Of a stretch of DNA of 64,000 nt, positions 25,190 through 37,800 are shown in pieces. The stretch is from Eukaryota sp. GEM-RC1. Its lineage: Eukaryota. Both the position numbers and the translations under genes were made by a program. Under the pieces are notes generated by a model. The model saw only the letters and a list, made by a program, of their open reading frames with translations, was not told where the DNA came from and did not search any database. Numbering within the stretch: the stretch's first letter is position 1; each line of letters opens with the position of its first letter. The DNA lies in NCBI GenBank assembly GCA_040285855.1, contig JAUFOQ010000013.1:930001-994000 (forward strand). Reading direction: 5' to 3'.

Positions 25190-25396
25190 ATTTTTGTTTT
25201 TGTACATGCCAGCATGAAGCTACGACAGGAACAGGCCCAAAGAAACGAGACTGAAGTAGAATTCACACAGTGGTTGGAGGATGTTCTTGTTCATGACACA
25301 AATTCTAATGATGATGACATCAATGATGTAACTGACATTGAAGACTCAAAAGACAATGTGATAGATGATCCTTTTCTTGTAGGTAGTGACAAATGA
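25190..25396 (+). mobile_element. Probable hAT transposase C-terminal remnant
   Basis: FVFVHASMKL then an acidic tail; tail DNA homologous to 27260-27375 inside a TSD-flanked element. Confidence 0.5.
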
Positions 25397-25477
25397 CAAA
25401 ATAAAGTACATGTATTTAGATGTTGAACTGTACATGGTCTATTATATGTAGACAATAATAAATTATGAAAAAAATCC

Positions 25478-26062
25478 TTAGCGACATTCACACCTAGGAG
25501 CAATTGTGGTTCTAAATGCATCAAGTTTGTGGATAACACATTGACATTTTGCCCAGCGTCGGCCTGATCCATCACAGGTCTTGCTGCAAGAGTTCTGGTC
25601 ACACTTTACAGAGCATTGAAGTGCTTGTCTAGCGGAACAAGAACCGACAATAAAACCGTCCAAACCCGATTCCAGAAGATCTGCATGACATCTGGCATCT
25701 TCACCGACAACAGCACACTCTCGGCCATAAGCTTTAAAGGAGCAGCGACGAGCTCGCATTGCTTCACAACGAGAAGTCCAAGCTCTATTCATTCCATAAA
25801 GTTTAGCAACGGCGTCACAACGAGCATTACTTCCTTCAATACTGCAACCAAATCGGAAATCAGTTCTTTCACAGGAGCTAGCTCCCATAGCTTCACAGCG
25901 TGTGAAACGGCCATCAAGACCGTAGGAAAGCTTGGATACACAATCACATCTGCGTCTGGTTCCACCTCTAATGGCGCATTGGGATTGGAAACAAGAGAAG
26001 TTGCATCCCCATGTTCCAGATAACAGGATCAGCAAAGACAGAGTAAGAAGTAATCGTCTCAT
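25478..26062 (-). CDS. Secreted Cys-rich repeat protein, paralog 2
   Basis: Signal peptide MRRLLLTLSLLILLSGTWG; Cys pattern identical to paralog 1. Confidence 0.85.
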   Translation of the reverse strand: MRRLLLTLSLLILLSGTWGCNFSCFQSQCAIRGGTRRRCDCVSKLSYGLDGRFTRCEAMGASSCERTDFRFGCSIEGSNARCDAVAKLYGMNRAWTSRCEAMRARRCSFKAYGRECAVVGEDARCHADLLESGLDGFIVGSCSARQALQCSVKCDQNSCSKTCDGSGRRWAKCQCVIHKLDAFRTTIAPRCECR

Positions 26063-26149
26063 AAAAAATAGAAAGAATTTATTCGGCACCCAATAGATCA
26101 TAAAAAATGCTATGGAATTACAGGCATTTACGTCAAACCTGAACCAGAA

Positions 26150-27033
26150 CCGGTGGAACATCACGAGGTTCTGGATATTCTTGCTAAAAAGAACAAAATG
26201 ATGTTGAGGAAATCAAGATCTGAAACAGTTAAATCATTTTCTAACAGTAAGGTGGTCTGGAAATTATGTCTTCGTGGTCGTTATGGTTCTGGAGTTAAGT
26301 CCATCTTATCTTCAGCAATGGCTATTCCAAATTCTGAAACGGTTCAGAAATTGGTCAAATTGCATCCAAAAGAAGAGTTTTTGTGCGATAAACCTCAAAT
26401 TTGTCAATTCTGGATTGATAATCCTATTTTCCCAACTGAAGTTGCAAATGCTGATGCTAGACTTCCTAAAAGTAAAGCAGCTGGACCTTCAGGCATTTCA
26501 TTTGATTTGTTGAAAGCTGCTTGCAAGGCAGCTCCAGAAATTTCAAAAGATCTTGCTAATTACTTTCAACAGATGGTTTGTTTGAAAGTTATTCCCCCAA
26601 TTGAATTGACTGCTGCTCGACTTATTGCTTTAGTAAAACCAGATAACGGAATTAAGCCTGATGGAATCCGGAGTTGATTGGGGTTTCTTCAATCTAATTT
26701 TATCAAAATTAACTCATCCTGATAACAAGTGTTTCTGATGTATATGAAAATGGTGGGAGATATCAAGTTGATTGGGGCTTGTTGTTTTTCACTGTACGGT
26801 TCTTTAGGTGAATCTGCAACATCATTACTTGAAATCTTTGTGAAGATTGTAAAAGAATAAACATCTAGGACTTTTGATCTTAGATTTTGGAAAATCGAAT
26901 CGTTTTTGCTATTTTTAAAGGTATGGTCACTTCTGTATCTAGCGCTTTATTATCTCTTGGCAGACATTATGAAGATAAGGTAGGTGAAAATTTCCAGTTA
27001 GGCAATCTGGACTTTGAGGATATTGATTATTAG
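26150..27033 (+). mobile_element. Internally deleted RLE non-LTR element
   Basis: LVKLHP..KAAGPSG..AARLIALVKP..GIR joined to a C-terminal FSLYGSLG..RIVFAIFKG segment; RT core missing. Confidence 0.8.
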
Positions 27034-27114
27034 ATGTATGTACACTGTAGTGTTGTTGTCTATTACATTTAGAATAAATAGTACGTAACTAAAAAAAAGT
27101 ACAGTACAATGTAC

Positions 27115-27463
27115 CAGTGTTCGAAAACACACGTGTCATTCAGAAAACGAACGTGTGAAATACGTTTCGACACCGGACACGTGTCCGAACGGTGTGAATT
27201 CAACAATTCCATCTTTTCAATGATTTCTCACTCTCCCCTCATTTCAAGATGACTGGCTCTCAACAAATTCTGATGAGGATGACATTAACGATGTAACTGA
27301 CGTTGAAGACTCAGAGAACGATGTGATACAGGACCCTTTTCTTGTAGGTAGTAACTTGTGACAAAATAAAGTACCTCTACTTTTTGAGAACAAAAAGTGC
27401 ACACGTGTCCAAAAACAAAACGAACGTGTGAAACACGTTTTCGAACCGCACACGTGTCACGTG
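27115..27463. mobile_element. hAT-like MITE
   Basis: TSD CAATGTAC (27107-27114/27464-27471); left end CAGTGTTCGAAAA identical to the 46888 MITE; ACACGTGT subterminal repeats; right TIR degenerate. Confidence 0.7.
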
Positions 27464-27699
27464 CAATGTACTCTGTAAATATTAGGGTTGTTAAAGGTCA
27501 CAGGTCAGGTCAATTCATTTGATGACCTTGACCTGAGATATTGTATTGTACAATGTACCAAATTGTTATACATTTATTGTCCAAAATTCTTTTGTACCTA
27601 TATATGTATTGCAATCACAAGATTACTGCGATATCTATGCCATTCATTTTCAAACAATTTTGACAACTGATATCTAACATAAATTAATAGGAAACATCA

Positions 27700-28240
27700 T
27701 TCAGTTGTTCTAAGGACGCAATTCTTTCATGATGTTAGATCGATTCATCGAAGCTGTTATTCACAACAATGTTAATGTGTAAGAGCAATGATTTTCATGG
27801 AAGAATTGTATCAGGATTAAAAACTTTACCTGACTCAATTATTACTTGGTTGTCCTCTCAACAAATCATTATGGACTTTACCGTGATTGATCCTCGTACT
27901 GTAACTTAACCTGTGTTGCCAAGATTTTGGACGAAAACTATTCCGTTCTTCAAATTGCTGAAAAGAATATCATTAGATCGTCACGGGGAATTAATTACCA
28001 AGATGATCTCGTCGACACAATCCGTTTGCTTTCCATCTTTGTGCTATTCCTCTCTACGTTTGGCCTGCTCAGACAAGATTTCACACATTCTTCGGCAAAT
28101 TATGGAATCAGTGTGAAAAGAATTTAAATGAAAGTTATTTGAGAGCATATCTTGCATTTTCCCTCTTTGAACCATTGTTTAGATAATCTGATTTAACTTC
28201 AAACAATCTGTTTGAGTTGAGACATGAATTTGAGATCCTG
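27700..28240 (+). mobile_element. Degraded RLE non-LTR 3' fragment
   Basis: IIMDFTVIDP, AEK; 3' part homologous (inverted) to 38010-38215. Confidence 0.65.
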
Positions 28241-29201
28241 ATAAGACTAACTCATGCTTTGTAACATTTAATTTATACATACAAATTTTGACAATGAAAG
28301 AAGATAAATCCACTAAATCAAAACAGAATCAAACAGAGTCATTTATAAAACCTTGTTACTAGAACATCTTAATAAATTCAAAGCACTGATAACATTTCAA
28401 CATGATGTAACAATATTGCCAAAAATCAAAATAACAAATGGAGAAGGTGAAAACATAGAACTATGGAACGCAAGTGTTCTGTAGTGCGGCCATTTTCGGC
28501 ATACCGTGCTGTATAGTACGTATGGACGTACGGTACATGTACCGGTACTGTACTTTGCCCGACTAACATATTAGTACTATTTTGAATATGTGAGATGTTT
28601 ACAGTTACCATCGTCATCAATTCCACCGTTAAAAATTGCTCAGACCATGACTGTTACACATATTCACATTTAGGGTACGTCAATGGCTGATCACAACTCC
28701 CCCAAAATGAAATTTTTGCGTACGAAGTTCAGCAATCGATCGAAATCAACAATAATAGTAACTTTTTCGAATGACCATCCATTTAACGAGTGACTACTAC
28801 GAGATATAACAATGATTAAGGGCCCAAATACCAATAAATTGGATCTCTAACCGATCAGAAGATTCAGTATGTAGCAAAGTTCACTGAAAAAATAATATTT
28901 GTAAATTCATTCCGATCAATCATAAATAGGTGTTTCATATAATCAAATGACGTCGGTACGGATACAATAAATCGATATGTACCAAAGATTTGCACACATT
29001 GCTTAGAACATATATTTTGATAAAATTCCTACAGATGATCTTTATCATTTGAATCATAGAAAACGTATGCATTTTTATTAATAAAAACACAAATACACCT
29101 TTTCTATCTCGAGAATCTATTTCAGCTATATTACTGACGGTAACATCCATAAGTGTTATTTTGTTAAGACCATTTCAAGTAATCAAGTATACTATAAAAT
29201 T

Positions 29202-30063
29202 TAGTGTTACGAGAAACGTTTCTACGTTTAAGCGTTTCCATGTTTCCAAAACGTTTCCAATAAACATATCAGTATGGAAACGGTATGGAAACGTTAAATG
29301 CGTTTCGGAAACGTAAATTTCGGGTCTGGTATTTTGTTGTTTTTGTACAACAGAAACTCACCAAATACTAAAGATTGATACAGTTTGAGTGAGATAATTC
29401 CCTAAAACTCAATTTCAATCCAACAAAAGGATATTGACTATTTAATCTTGTTGTTGAACTAAATCATTCGAAACTTCTTCGTGCCTTCAACTTATATGAC
29501 TACTGATAAATCCTAGAAATTTGTTTTAAAGTCGTCTACCGACGTTGACCATCTTTGTTTCACCGTTGGTGATGTATGCTGGTTTTAATGTTTCAATAAC
29601 ATTATTAATTTCTATTAAAATAGCATGACCATCTTTAAAATTTGCAAAAGTGGTAATACAACCGTATAACATTGCACCGTCAGGTGTTACAATGTTAAAG
29701 ATCATAAGTGGACAACCAAAAGGATCAGTCCATCCATCTAACACAAGGAAACATCCAGTTTAAAGAGACCGTTGTCACAGGGTAATCAACCGACTTTAGA
29801 GTCTGTTTTTCGGCCACTGGGAGAGAAGAGTTACCAAGAGTCGTCGCTGTCTGCAATCTGTTCGACTTCACCTTCATCATTGTCGTCACGACATACTACA
29901 AAATAGTGAAATTGTGTTGACACATCAGAAATTTTGGAAGAGAGAAATTGAATTAGGAAGATATGAGAATTGAACACATAAATATGCGTTTCGGAAACGT
30001 GGAAACGTGGAAACGTTTCCGGAACGTTTCCAGACAAATTTTGGTACGTTTCTCGTAACACTA
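29202..30063 (-). mobile_element. hAT deletion derivative
   Basis: Perfect 18-bp TIR TAGTGTTACGAGAAACGT; GGAAACG subterminal repeats; catalytic remnant VLDGWTDP (29526-29744); no TSD seen. Confidence 0.85.
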
Positions 30064-30460
30064 GTACAAAGGTTAGCTAAAAATTTAAAATTTGTAGTTA
30101 GCAGACAGCTCATGATATTGATTAACAGAATCGAATTGAATCCAAACCTAGTGTATGAAAAACTTGAACAATTATAAAAATGAGAGTTAAGAAGAATCTT
30201 TATACAATTAAAATGCTTGCTCATCACCTAAAATTACCAACTCATCGTTAGTATCTCCGAGCAAAGCAAATTGTCCAGGTAGAAGTAAAGGTTGGAAAGG
30301 ACCGTAAAGCATCTGACCTAAATTATTAAAATTTACGACAAACTTTCTACGTTTCGCTAGGAGTAGTTCAACTTTGTTTTGCACCATATTAACTCACCAA
30401 AAACAAATACATTGTATTATGATAGAAGATGGGTGAGCACTCAAGATAATTATGAACTAA

Positions 30461-30589
30461 TTCAATTTTAGGTATGTTGTTCGGTGATTGACAGAAGGAT
30501 CATAGTTTAAATACTGTAGTTAGTGTCTGTTAGTTATTAACTTCTGCAAATGCATTTATTTCACTAATTAATCATAAACCCCGTTTTTT
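30461..30589 (+). mobile_element. Very short 5'-truncated copy of the oligo-T-ended RLE family
   Basis: Matches 16755-16882; flanked by TGAACTAA (30453-30460/30590-30597). Confidence 0.8.
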
Positions 30590-31824
30590 TGAACTAAAAA
30601 GTATGCAACTGCATCTACTAGTAGATTCAAGTTCTAAGGTCCTTGTTATGATTACAATGGTTGTTAATAAAGCATTGCATGTAAAGACGCTAAAAATGAA
30701 GTTCCTCCCCCTGATTTTTCAAACAAAATTTGAGAGAAATATATATCATGCCCCTTGACTCCCCATTTCTACGGGCACCTATTTCATAAGGGATTGTCAG
30801 AGATTGCGTTGTTACGGTGATGTGCGCACAATAGAGATGATAACAGTATAGATTGGATATCAGTGTTTTTGAATCAGCGGAAGTAATAACAGAATTAGAC
30901 GAATTGGAACTGTACATTCCATTGAAGTTAAGGCTGTTAAAAAGTTAAAACACATAACATCAGTTCTCAGATCAGGTGAAGACACTTTAGATTAGGTCTT
31001 TTCTGCTCAATGTCTGTTGTTTAGATCCATTTCATCAAAGAGTAAGATGACCGATCTACTAATATGTATCCATAAGTCCTACACTAGCTGGTGTGTGTAT
31101 TACACAATCTTCTAGTAAAGAAAATGACACGATTTATAAGTTTACGATGCTCTAGCTCTTGTCTGTCTGATTGCATGGTTAGAATCCGGTTTTGAATAGA
31201 TAAATTTAACAAGTTAGTATTTTACTGTTCTTGAGCTCAAACATAACAACAACTGAACAACAACTAGTTCAACTATAAAACACAACAGTTCATCTATGGG
31301 ATCAAAGTTCAGGGCAAGACACCAGGATTGTTTTATTGACAGGTGTTCATCTGTCGGGTCAAAGAATTGTTCAGTTTCTAGAAACAATGTGTTAGAGTTC
31401 GGCAAATTTGAACAACATCTTAAGCAATGGATAATGTACTAAACATGATACATGTATTGCCTCTTTGTCGTCACTTTTTACGGAATATGGGACTGATAGA
31501 ACAATTTTATTGACTATCATATATGCATTTACTTTCTTACAAGTATCTGCAATTTCATTCGATATCTTAACCTTGAAAAATCAGAGATGGATGAAAAGAC
31601 ATTGTCAGTTTCAAATGAAGGGAGAATTGGAAATCTTGAAATGATTGAAGTGCCAAGGATCACTTATAGAAATTTAATCCAAAACTTGAGTAATTTGAGT
31701 GTGAATATTAAGACAAGGAATTTTGTTCGTCAGTTTGTAGTGGAACTGACTGTTTAGGGGCATCACACTGTACCGTACTCAAAAGAGTTGCGATTCTAGC
31801 CGACGAGAAACTCTGGCGTCCACT

Positions 31825-32190
31825 GCTTTTGAAGTGAGACTATTACGGTACGTTATAATCAATGGAACTGATTAGTCTCACTGAGACTGATGACGAGTGA
31901 GCGTCATTTCATATAGCCACACCAGTTATTTCTTACCTGATTAGTCTCACTATATTTCACCATGACATCATGTTTGAACCTTTTTTTGAACAACCTATGG
32001 GTTGATCACTCAAGTGACTATATACTGTGTTTGTTCACATTGCATGAGGATTAATCGTCAACTGATTTTCAGGCTAAACACCAGTCCTGTCGCCATTTGG
32101 TTTTTGGAAGATGATCTGGGCCCTAATGCTACGAATGGAGCCAGAAAAAATGATTTAGGGTGGTGAGTAGACAATCTTATGGTTAAGTCA
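31825..32190. mobile_element. Diverged inverted relative of the 60006-60631 element
   Basis: TTAGTCTCAC repeats; 32095-32185 is reverse-complement similar to 60215-60312. Confidence 0.6.
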
Positions 32191-32556
32191 TTGGTAATGA
32201 TTTAACTTGATCTTGTCACTAACTCTTCTATCTTTTTAAAGCGAAATCAATCAATTGTAGTTTTGTTGTGCATTTCTCATAGAAAACAAAAGTAAGGTCT
32301 TGTCTCGGTGAACGAAGAAACTCAAATATCAGAATAAGACTTGTTTCTTAGGGTATTGATGAAGATACAATTGATTCTTGTAATGGAAATACAAGATCTT
32401 CAATTGATAATGTTGTTATGTGTTTAAATATAAAAATCAGCATTGAATACTCGCCTGGCTGAGATTATTTTTGTAAGACTTCTAATATCGATAATTGAAA
32501 GTTTCTGAATGATGTAGACCTACTAGTAGACTGATTGTTTCAATTCTACATCATTG

Positions 32557-33803
32557 ATGCTTCTGTTTCAGTCTCTCCTGTTACACTGTTTTCAATACCT
32601 TTCTTGTAAGTCTTTAGTCTCCGACCAGTCTGTATCTGATTACTTTCGAACATCAGTTCAAATAGCGTTCCAGAGAATAACAAATCTTGATCTCATCCCT
32701 TATCATCACTACATCTCTACTTACAACGTCTTTCCTTCCTTCTTCTTTAATCTCCCTTCCTTAGATACTCTCATCAACTCACACTTGGTTCTTTCATCTC
32801 CGATCCAAACCCAACTACTAGAAGAATACCTGGCTGACCACCCCAACTCTCCCCTTCTACGACACTCATTCATACCAATCAAAGGTCCTTTCTGGCACCT
32901 ATCCACTGCTATTCGTCTTCCCACCTCACTAGACTCGACTCTACCTCTTCTTCCAAAGCACGTAACTGATCTATGTATTCCGTCTATCAAATCAAGTTCT
33001 TCTTCTCTGCAATCTTTTTGATTGATCAACAGTTTTGTTTGTCCAAACTTGTGTTTGGATTTGTTCAAACAAGTAATGAGGATATGCAGAGCCTTTTAAA
33101 TACACTATTTGACAAATATCCAATTAAGGAAGTTGTTTTGAATTCGATTGTTCATGTAGATTTTTCTAGATTTCAATCTTTGAAAGATTTATCTGGGGTG
33201 CGTGACTTCAATGTTTCCAAACTACCACAATCAATTTCTATGTTAGAAATGTCACTTTCTCCCGATTACAACTTGAAGACTAATATTCCAAGTTTTTTAA
33301 ATCTTTTTAATCTTTCCATTTCCTCTTCCTCTAATAGTGACTCATTGCTACATTGCTTAACAGATTTTGTCCACAATTTGGCTCCTAATCTACGACAATT
33401 TTCTTGTACTGGACCCTATTTTCCAATCAAATTTGAATTTTTAAATCAACTTGATTGGGATTTGACCGGTTGCTCATCTGTTGATTTAGTCGACAATCTT
33501 GTACATCTACCACATTTATATCATTTATCATTGTCAAGTACAACAATATCTTCTGCCATGTTCGTTCAGATTTTGAATTCTTGTTGTTATTTAAGAACGT
33601 TTAATCTAGACCTTATTGTTGTAGACAAGTTTCAAAAACACCATTGTTTACAATTCCGAAATCTTCCCAGAATCAGTTCGTTGTGCTTCTCTTTACGGAA
33701 TATCAGATGTCAGTGTGGCCATATATCTTCTAATTGCTTCTGCGTGCGTAATATGTCTAAATTTCTACGAAAATTAGGAAAGATTCATAAATGGACAGAT
33801 TAA
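32557..33803 (+). CDS. Divergent LRR-like protein (frame break ~33010)
   Basis: LFNLSI, APNLRQFSC, LPHLYHLSL, LRTFNL, LPRISSLCF units over two overlapping ORFs. Confidence 0.5.
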
Positions 33804-33827
33804 TTTACTTGTATTTACTTTAGACAT

Positions 33828-34699
33828 CTAAGCTTCTTGCATTTGTTCCTGCAATGGTGCTTCCTGATTGTCATCTTGTGCTTGATCCAAGGCAGCTTTT
33901 ACGATTTCTTGACAACTCTCACAGCAATTATCGTGGATCAGGTCTATAGCGTATGAACTTTGTTGAACTAGCTTTTCCATTACTTGCAACTGTTCTGTTA
34001 GATACTTTTCAGATGATTCGGTGGGGTTTTGGATATTCGTTTCAGTGGTTGTTTGTTCCTTTAACTGGTGTTCCATTTGTTTTAGGCGTTCTTTTAATAC
34101 ATTTGTTTCTTCGTTCTTTTCGTCATTCTCCTTTTGAGCAATTCATTCTCTTCTTTCAACATGTTCAATTTCGCAACTTCACTGCTTACTTCAGAAGAAC
34201 CATTGACATCATTCAGTTGAGTTTTAAGTTGACAGTTTTCCTCTTCCAGTCTTTGGACTTCTTTCGACAGACTTTGATTTGTGTAAAAGCTGTGATATTC
34301 AGACAGCTTTGAGTTGATTTCCAGTAATTGCTTTGAAAACGTTCTCTTTTGTTCTTTTGCATTAGCCTTTTCCAATTCTGCTTGTTCAAGGAGATACGTT
34401 GCCTGTATTTTGAGTTTCTTTAATTCGGCTTTCAATTGTACGTGTTCATCTCTCATTGTGTTTATGGTAGCTTCAAGGTCATGATTCAACGTCTGCAGCT
34501 CTGCTTGACGGTCTGTTGCTACTTTAAGTTGTTCCTCGGCTGTAGTGAGTAGATTGAGTGTTTAGATACCACTGGACAATTCTGATTGTAGCAGCTTTTG
34601 ACGTTCTTTTTCTTCATAAAGTTGACGGTCAATTCTACGTTTTTCACGCTCGAACTCTTCAATTTGAAGATACAGATCATCTGAGTATCGATCAGCCAT
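33828..34699 (-). CDS. Coiled-coil protein; intron 34540-34569; frame break in an A run at ~34133
   Basis: ATG 34699 (MADRYSDD); a 30-nt GTATCT..TACTCACTACAG intron removes an in-frame TAA; one extra A joins 34094-34489 to 33828-34076. Confidence 0.75.
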
Positions 34700-34761
34700 T
34701 GAAAGAGGAGAAATGCCGGCAAGAATCTTTTGCTCTCTTCTCTTCCGGTCTCTTACATTCA

Positions 34762-36018
34762 ATGATCTACTTAGATTACAATGCCACAACTCCCGTGTTG
34801 GGTTCTGTTGTCGATGCCATCTCTGATACTCTTTCCTCACACTGGTCAAATCCTAGTTCATCTCATTCCTTTGGCACCGATGCCAAAACTCAACTTGAAT
34901 CTTCTCGCGACACCATAGCTCAACATCTCAACTGCCACTCTGATGAAATCATATTCACGTCATGTGGCTCCGAGAGCAACAACCTTGCCATTCAAGGCTG
35001 GGTCTTTCACAACCTCTCCAAAAATCAAAAATGTCACATCATCTCATCAGCCTTCGAACATCCTTCTGTAACAGATACAATTTCCTTTTGTTCCATGTTC
35101 AATGTCTCTCACTCCACTCTCTCAATCTCTCCCTCTGGTTTTATTCTCACTGACGATCTCTCATCAATGCTGGATTCTCTTCCAGATGATTGTCATAACG
35201 TTCTTATTACGATAATGCTTGCTAATAATGAAGTTGGAACAGTTCAAAAAGAATCAATCAGGAAGGTCAGAGACGTGATCAAATCACTGTCGAGCTCTTT
35301 GAATGTTGTAATCCACACAGATGCCAGTCAGGCAGTCGGAAAGATTCCTGTTGACTTTTCTGACCTTCAAGTCGATATGATGACGTTAACCGGTCATAAA
35401 TTCTACGCTCCTAAAGGCACTGGGTGTTTAGTCATCAAACGAGGCATTGTTGTTGAAAAAGTCTGTAGAGGTGGTTCACAAGAGGGTAACAAAAGAGCGG
35501 GAACTGAATCTGTTCACAATGCTGTTGCTTTAGCCTTAGCTCTAGCAACTTTATCCAATAAAATGGAAAAGACAATGGCGCAACAGGAGAAGTTGAGGTG
35601 GGTCATGTATAAGAAATTAAAAGAGAAGCTGAATGGAAGAGTTGAGGTTGGAGTGAATGGTGTTTTAGGAGAGTTTTATCAGAAACAGAGTTATTTAAAT
35701 TTATTTAATTTTGTTCTTCCAAATACTCTTTCTCTGTGCTTACCCAATGTTAATGCGTTCTCCTTGGTTTGTTCTCTCTCAAACTCTGTTGCTTTGAGCA
35801 CTGGAGCTGCTTGTCACTCTGGTCAAGTCAGTATTTCTCGAACTCTTCAGTCCATGGGTTTAACTACATCACAAGCCTTGGGGACAGTTAGGATCTCCCT
35901 TGGACTAGAGACGAGTTTCGAGGAGATTGAAAGGGCGGTGGAGTTGATAAGTGAAGCTGTTTTTAAGGTATCTGGATCTAATGACGTGGAAGAAGAAGGG
36001 GATGACACTCAGAATTGA
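34762..36018 (+). CDS. Class V PLP aminotransferase: group I cysteine desulfurase / selenocysteine lyase-like
   Basis: MIYLDYNATTP, SNPSS, FTSCGSESNN, EHPS, ANNEVG, HTDASQ, GHKFY, STGAACHS, RISLG. Confidence 0.92.
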   Translation: MIYLDYNATTPVLGSVVDAISDTLSSHWSNPSSSHSFGTDAKTQLESSRDTIAQHLNCHSDEIIFTSCGSESNNLAIQGWVFHNLSKNQKCHIISSAFEHPSVTDTISFCSMFNVSHSTLSISPSGFILTDDLSSMLDSLPDDCHNVLITIMLANNEVGTVQKESIRKVRDVIKSLSSSLNVVIHTDASQAVGKIPVDFSDLQVDMMTLTGHKFYAPKGTGCLVIKRGIVVEKVCRGGSQEGNKRAGTESVHNAVALALALATLSNKMEKTMAQQEKLRWVMYKKLKEKLNGRVEVGVNGVLGEFYQKQSYLNLFNFVLPNTLSLCLPNVNAFSLVCSLSNSVALSTGAACHSGQVSISRTLQSMGLTTSQALGTVRISLGLETSFEEIERAVELISEAVFKVSGSNDVEEEGDDTQN

Positions 36019-36649
36019 TTTGGTTGGTTTCTATTTTTGTAAAAGAATAGACTTGAGTGAGATTCTCACTGTAAAGAATCACGTGATGGATGAGTTAGGC
36101 TTTTGTTGGATTTGTTTTATAGATAGTGTCGACGGATCTGATTGTGATCATTCGTTATGAAGTTTAGTTTCAGCCTTTGAAAAGTTTTCACTTTGAATTT
36201 TTTGCTATTAGTATGTGGATGAGTTTCTGCAAACTAGGTTAAACATTGTCTAAAAAAATGTTTTTTGTAATTATCAGTATCACTAATAAACGGAGATATT
36301 TATTATGACCTGTTGTAACTTCTTAAATTGTGCACAATTTTTCCAACAAGTTCAGAAAATCTTTTGTCTAAAATTGGCTTAAGAAGATCTTTAAGAATAC
36401 AAGACCACGGTGGAAATCCAACGGAGCTTGTTTATCTGCAAAAACGTGACAACATCATCAAATAGGAGGAATCTTACATGACAAAACTCCATCAGTTTTG
36501 TGTGACGTGAATTTTACGGGTGACTTGAGTTGGATTTCTCCATATATTGTAGAACAGATCAACTAATTGTGATTTTACATCATCAATAGAATCAAATATG
36601 TTTATAGATGAAGGGCATGAAAATACATATCATAATAAAAGCTATGAAA

Positions 36650-37140
36650 CACTAGACACAGAAAATTCCTAGTCAACATGTCCACAGTTTTTATACAATT
36701 TTGTGAAAATTGATTTCAAAAACTTAGCCAACGAACGGAAGAAAGAAAAAAATCAAACGGTTATGCCAAAATGATAAGTTAAATCTCTTATTCCGCGACT
36801 TACACATACTAGTAGATCCACAAACAGTTAAATACTGAGAAGCCTTTTCACCAATACTAGTAAAAATGGAAATAGCAAATTTTGAATACAAATTTTGATT
36901 GAGTGTAGCAACATTTTTGAAATACAAATCAATTTTACGTTTTTTGGCTGTTTCTAGGTGATTGAAACCTTTTGAATTTAAGCCGTTAACATAAGTTTGA
37001 GCAAATGGATCTACTGTTGTAACATCAAGGACAATTTGACTGGAATCAATAAAAGGACAATGCAAGTCGCCTCAACGAGAATTGTTAATTCGATCAAGAC
37101 CCAACTTACTAAGTAAAGGTTCAACTTTGACATGAAAAAT
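36650..37140 (-). mobile_element. RLE non-LTR 3' fragment
   Basis: VLDVTTVDPFA..HLETAKKRK..FAISIF..FWHNRL; related to 47330-47700 and 48838-49735. Confidence 0.8.
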
Positions 37141-37369
37141 CATATTCTTACTAACGTTCTTTCAGAATTCTATATACGATTAAAAAACATGTCGCATAGT
37201 TTTTTCTTTATATAGAAATTTTCCAAAGTATTTGAATCGTATACTGGACAAATTGTATCGTGTCGGTAGTACAAGAGTTGATGTAGGTCGTTTAATATCT
37301 TTTAAGTACTGTACTAGTGCTGTAGTTTGTATTTCGTTTATCTGACAAGAAATTGGGTTTTTCGAAATT

Positions 37370-37800
37370 AATCTTCACACCAAACATGTACAATATCTCA
37401 ACTAAACGAGAGAAATAGAAAGGAATATGTTGATAATCGGAAAACACAATGCGGATTTTCCATTAAGCCATTCTAAAACTACGCTTCTTTTCTTTACACA
37501 GTTCTTCGAAATCCTTGAAATAGTGATCACCAGCAGGATTAATCGATCCAAAAGAGAAACAGCAAAAGGTTGAAACACAAATTTGGAATATGAGTTTCTA
37601 TTTAATTCTTCTACTTGAGAGTCATACTTGGAGTGTTTGAGCTTTTCAGCAGCTGTTAAAGGATTAAAAGAAGAATCTAATATCCTACTGACACAAGATG
37701 TGTTACAAATTGTAACATATCTTGTGTGTAACTTACAATCATCTACTGTGGTAAAAACCATTAATGACTGACTCGATTTAAGCTATGAAGTATGAATATG
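37370..37800 (-). mobile_element. RLE non-LTR 3' fragment
   Basis: Highly similar to 17880-18270. Confidence 0.85.

Noticed and set aside
21002..26023. Plus-strand ORFs 21002-21424 and 25616-26023
   Set aside because: Antisense shadows of the Cys-rich genes
28482..28565. Tiny MITE with TAGT.. ends and GTAC-rich interior
   Set aside because: TIR match weak and no TSD
34558..34761. N-terminal extension (targeting peptide) on the NifS-like ORF
   Set aside because: Non-ATG start overlapping the antisense gene; the family N-terminus begins at ATG 34762
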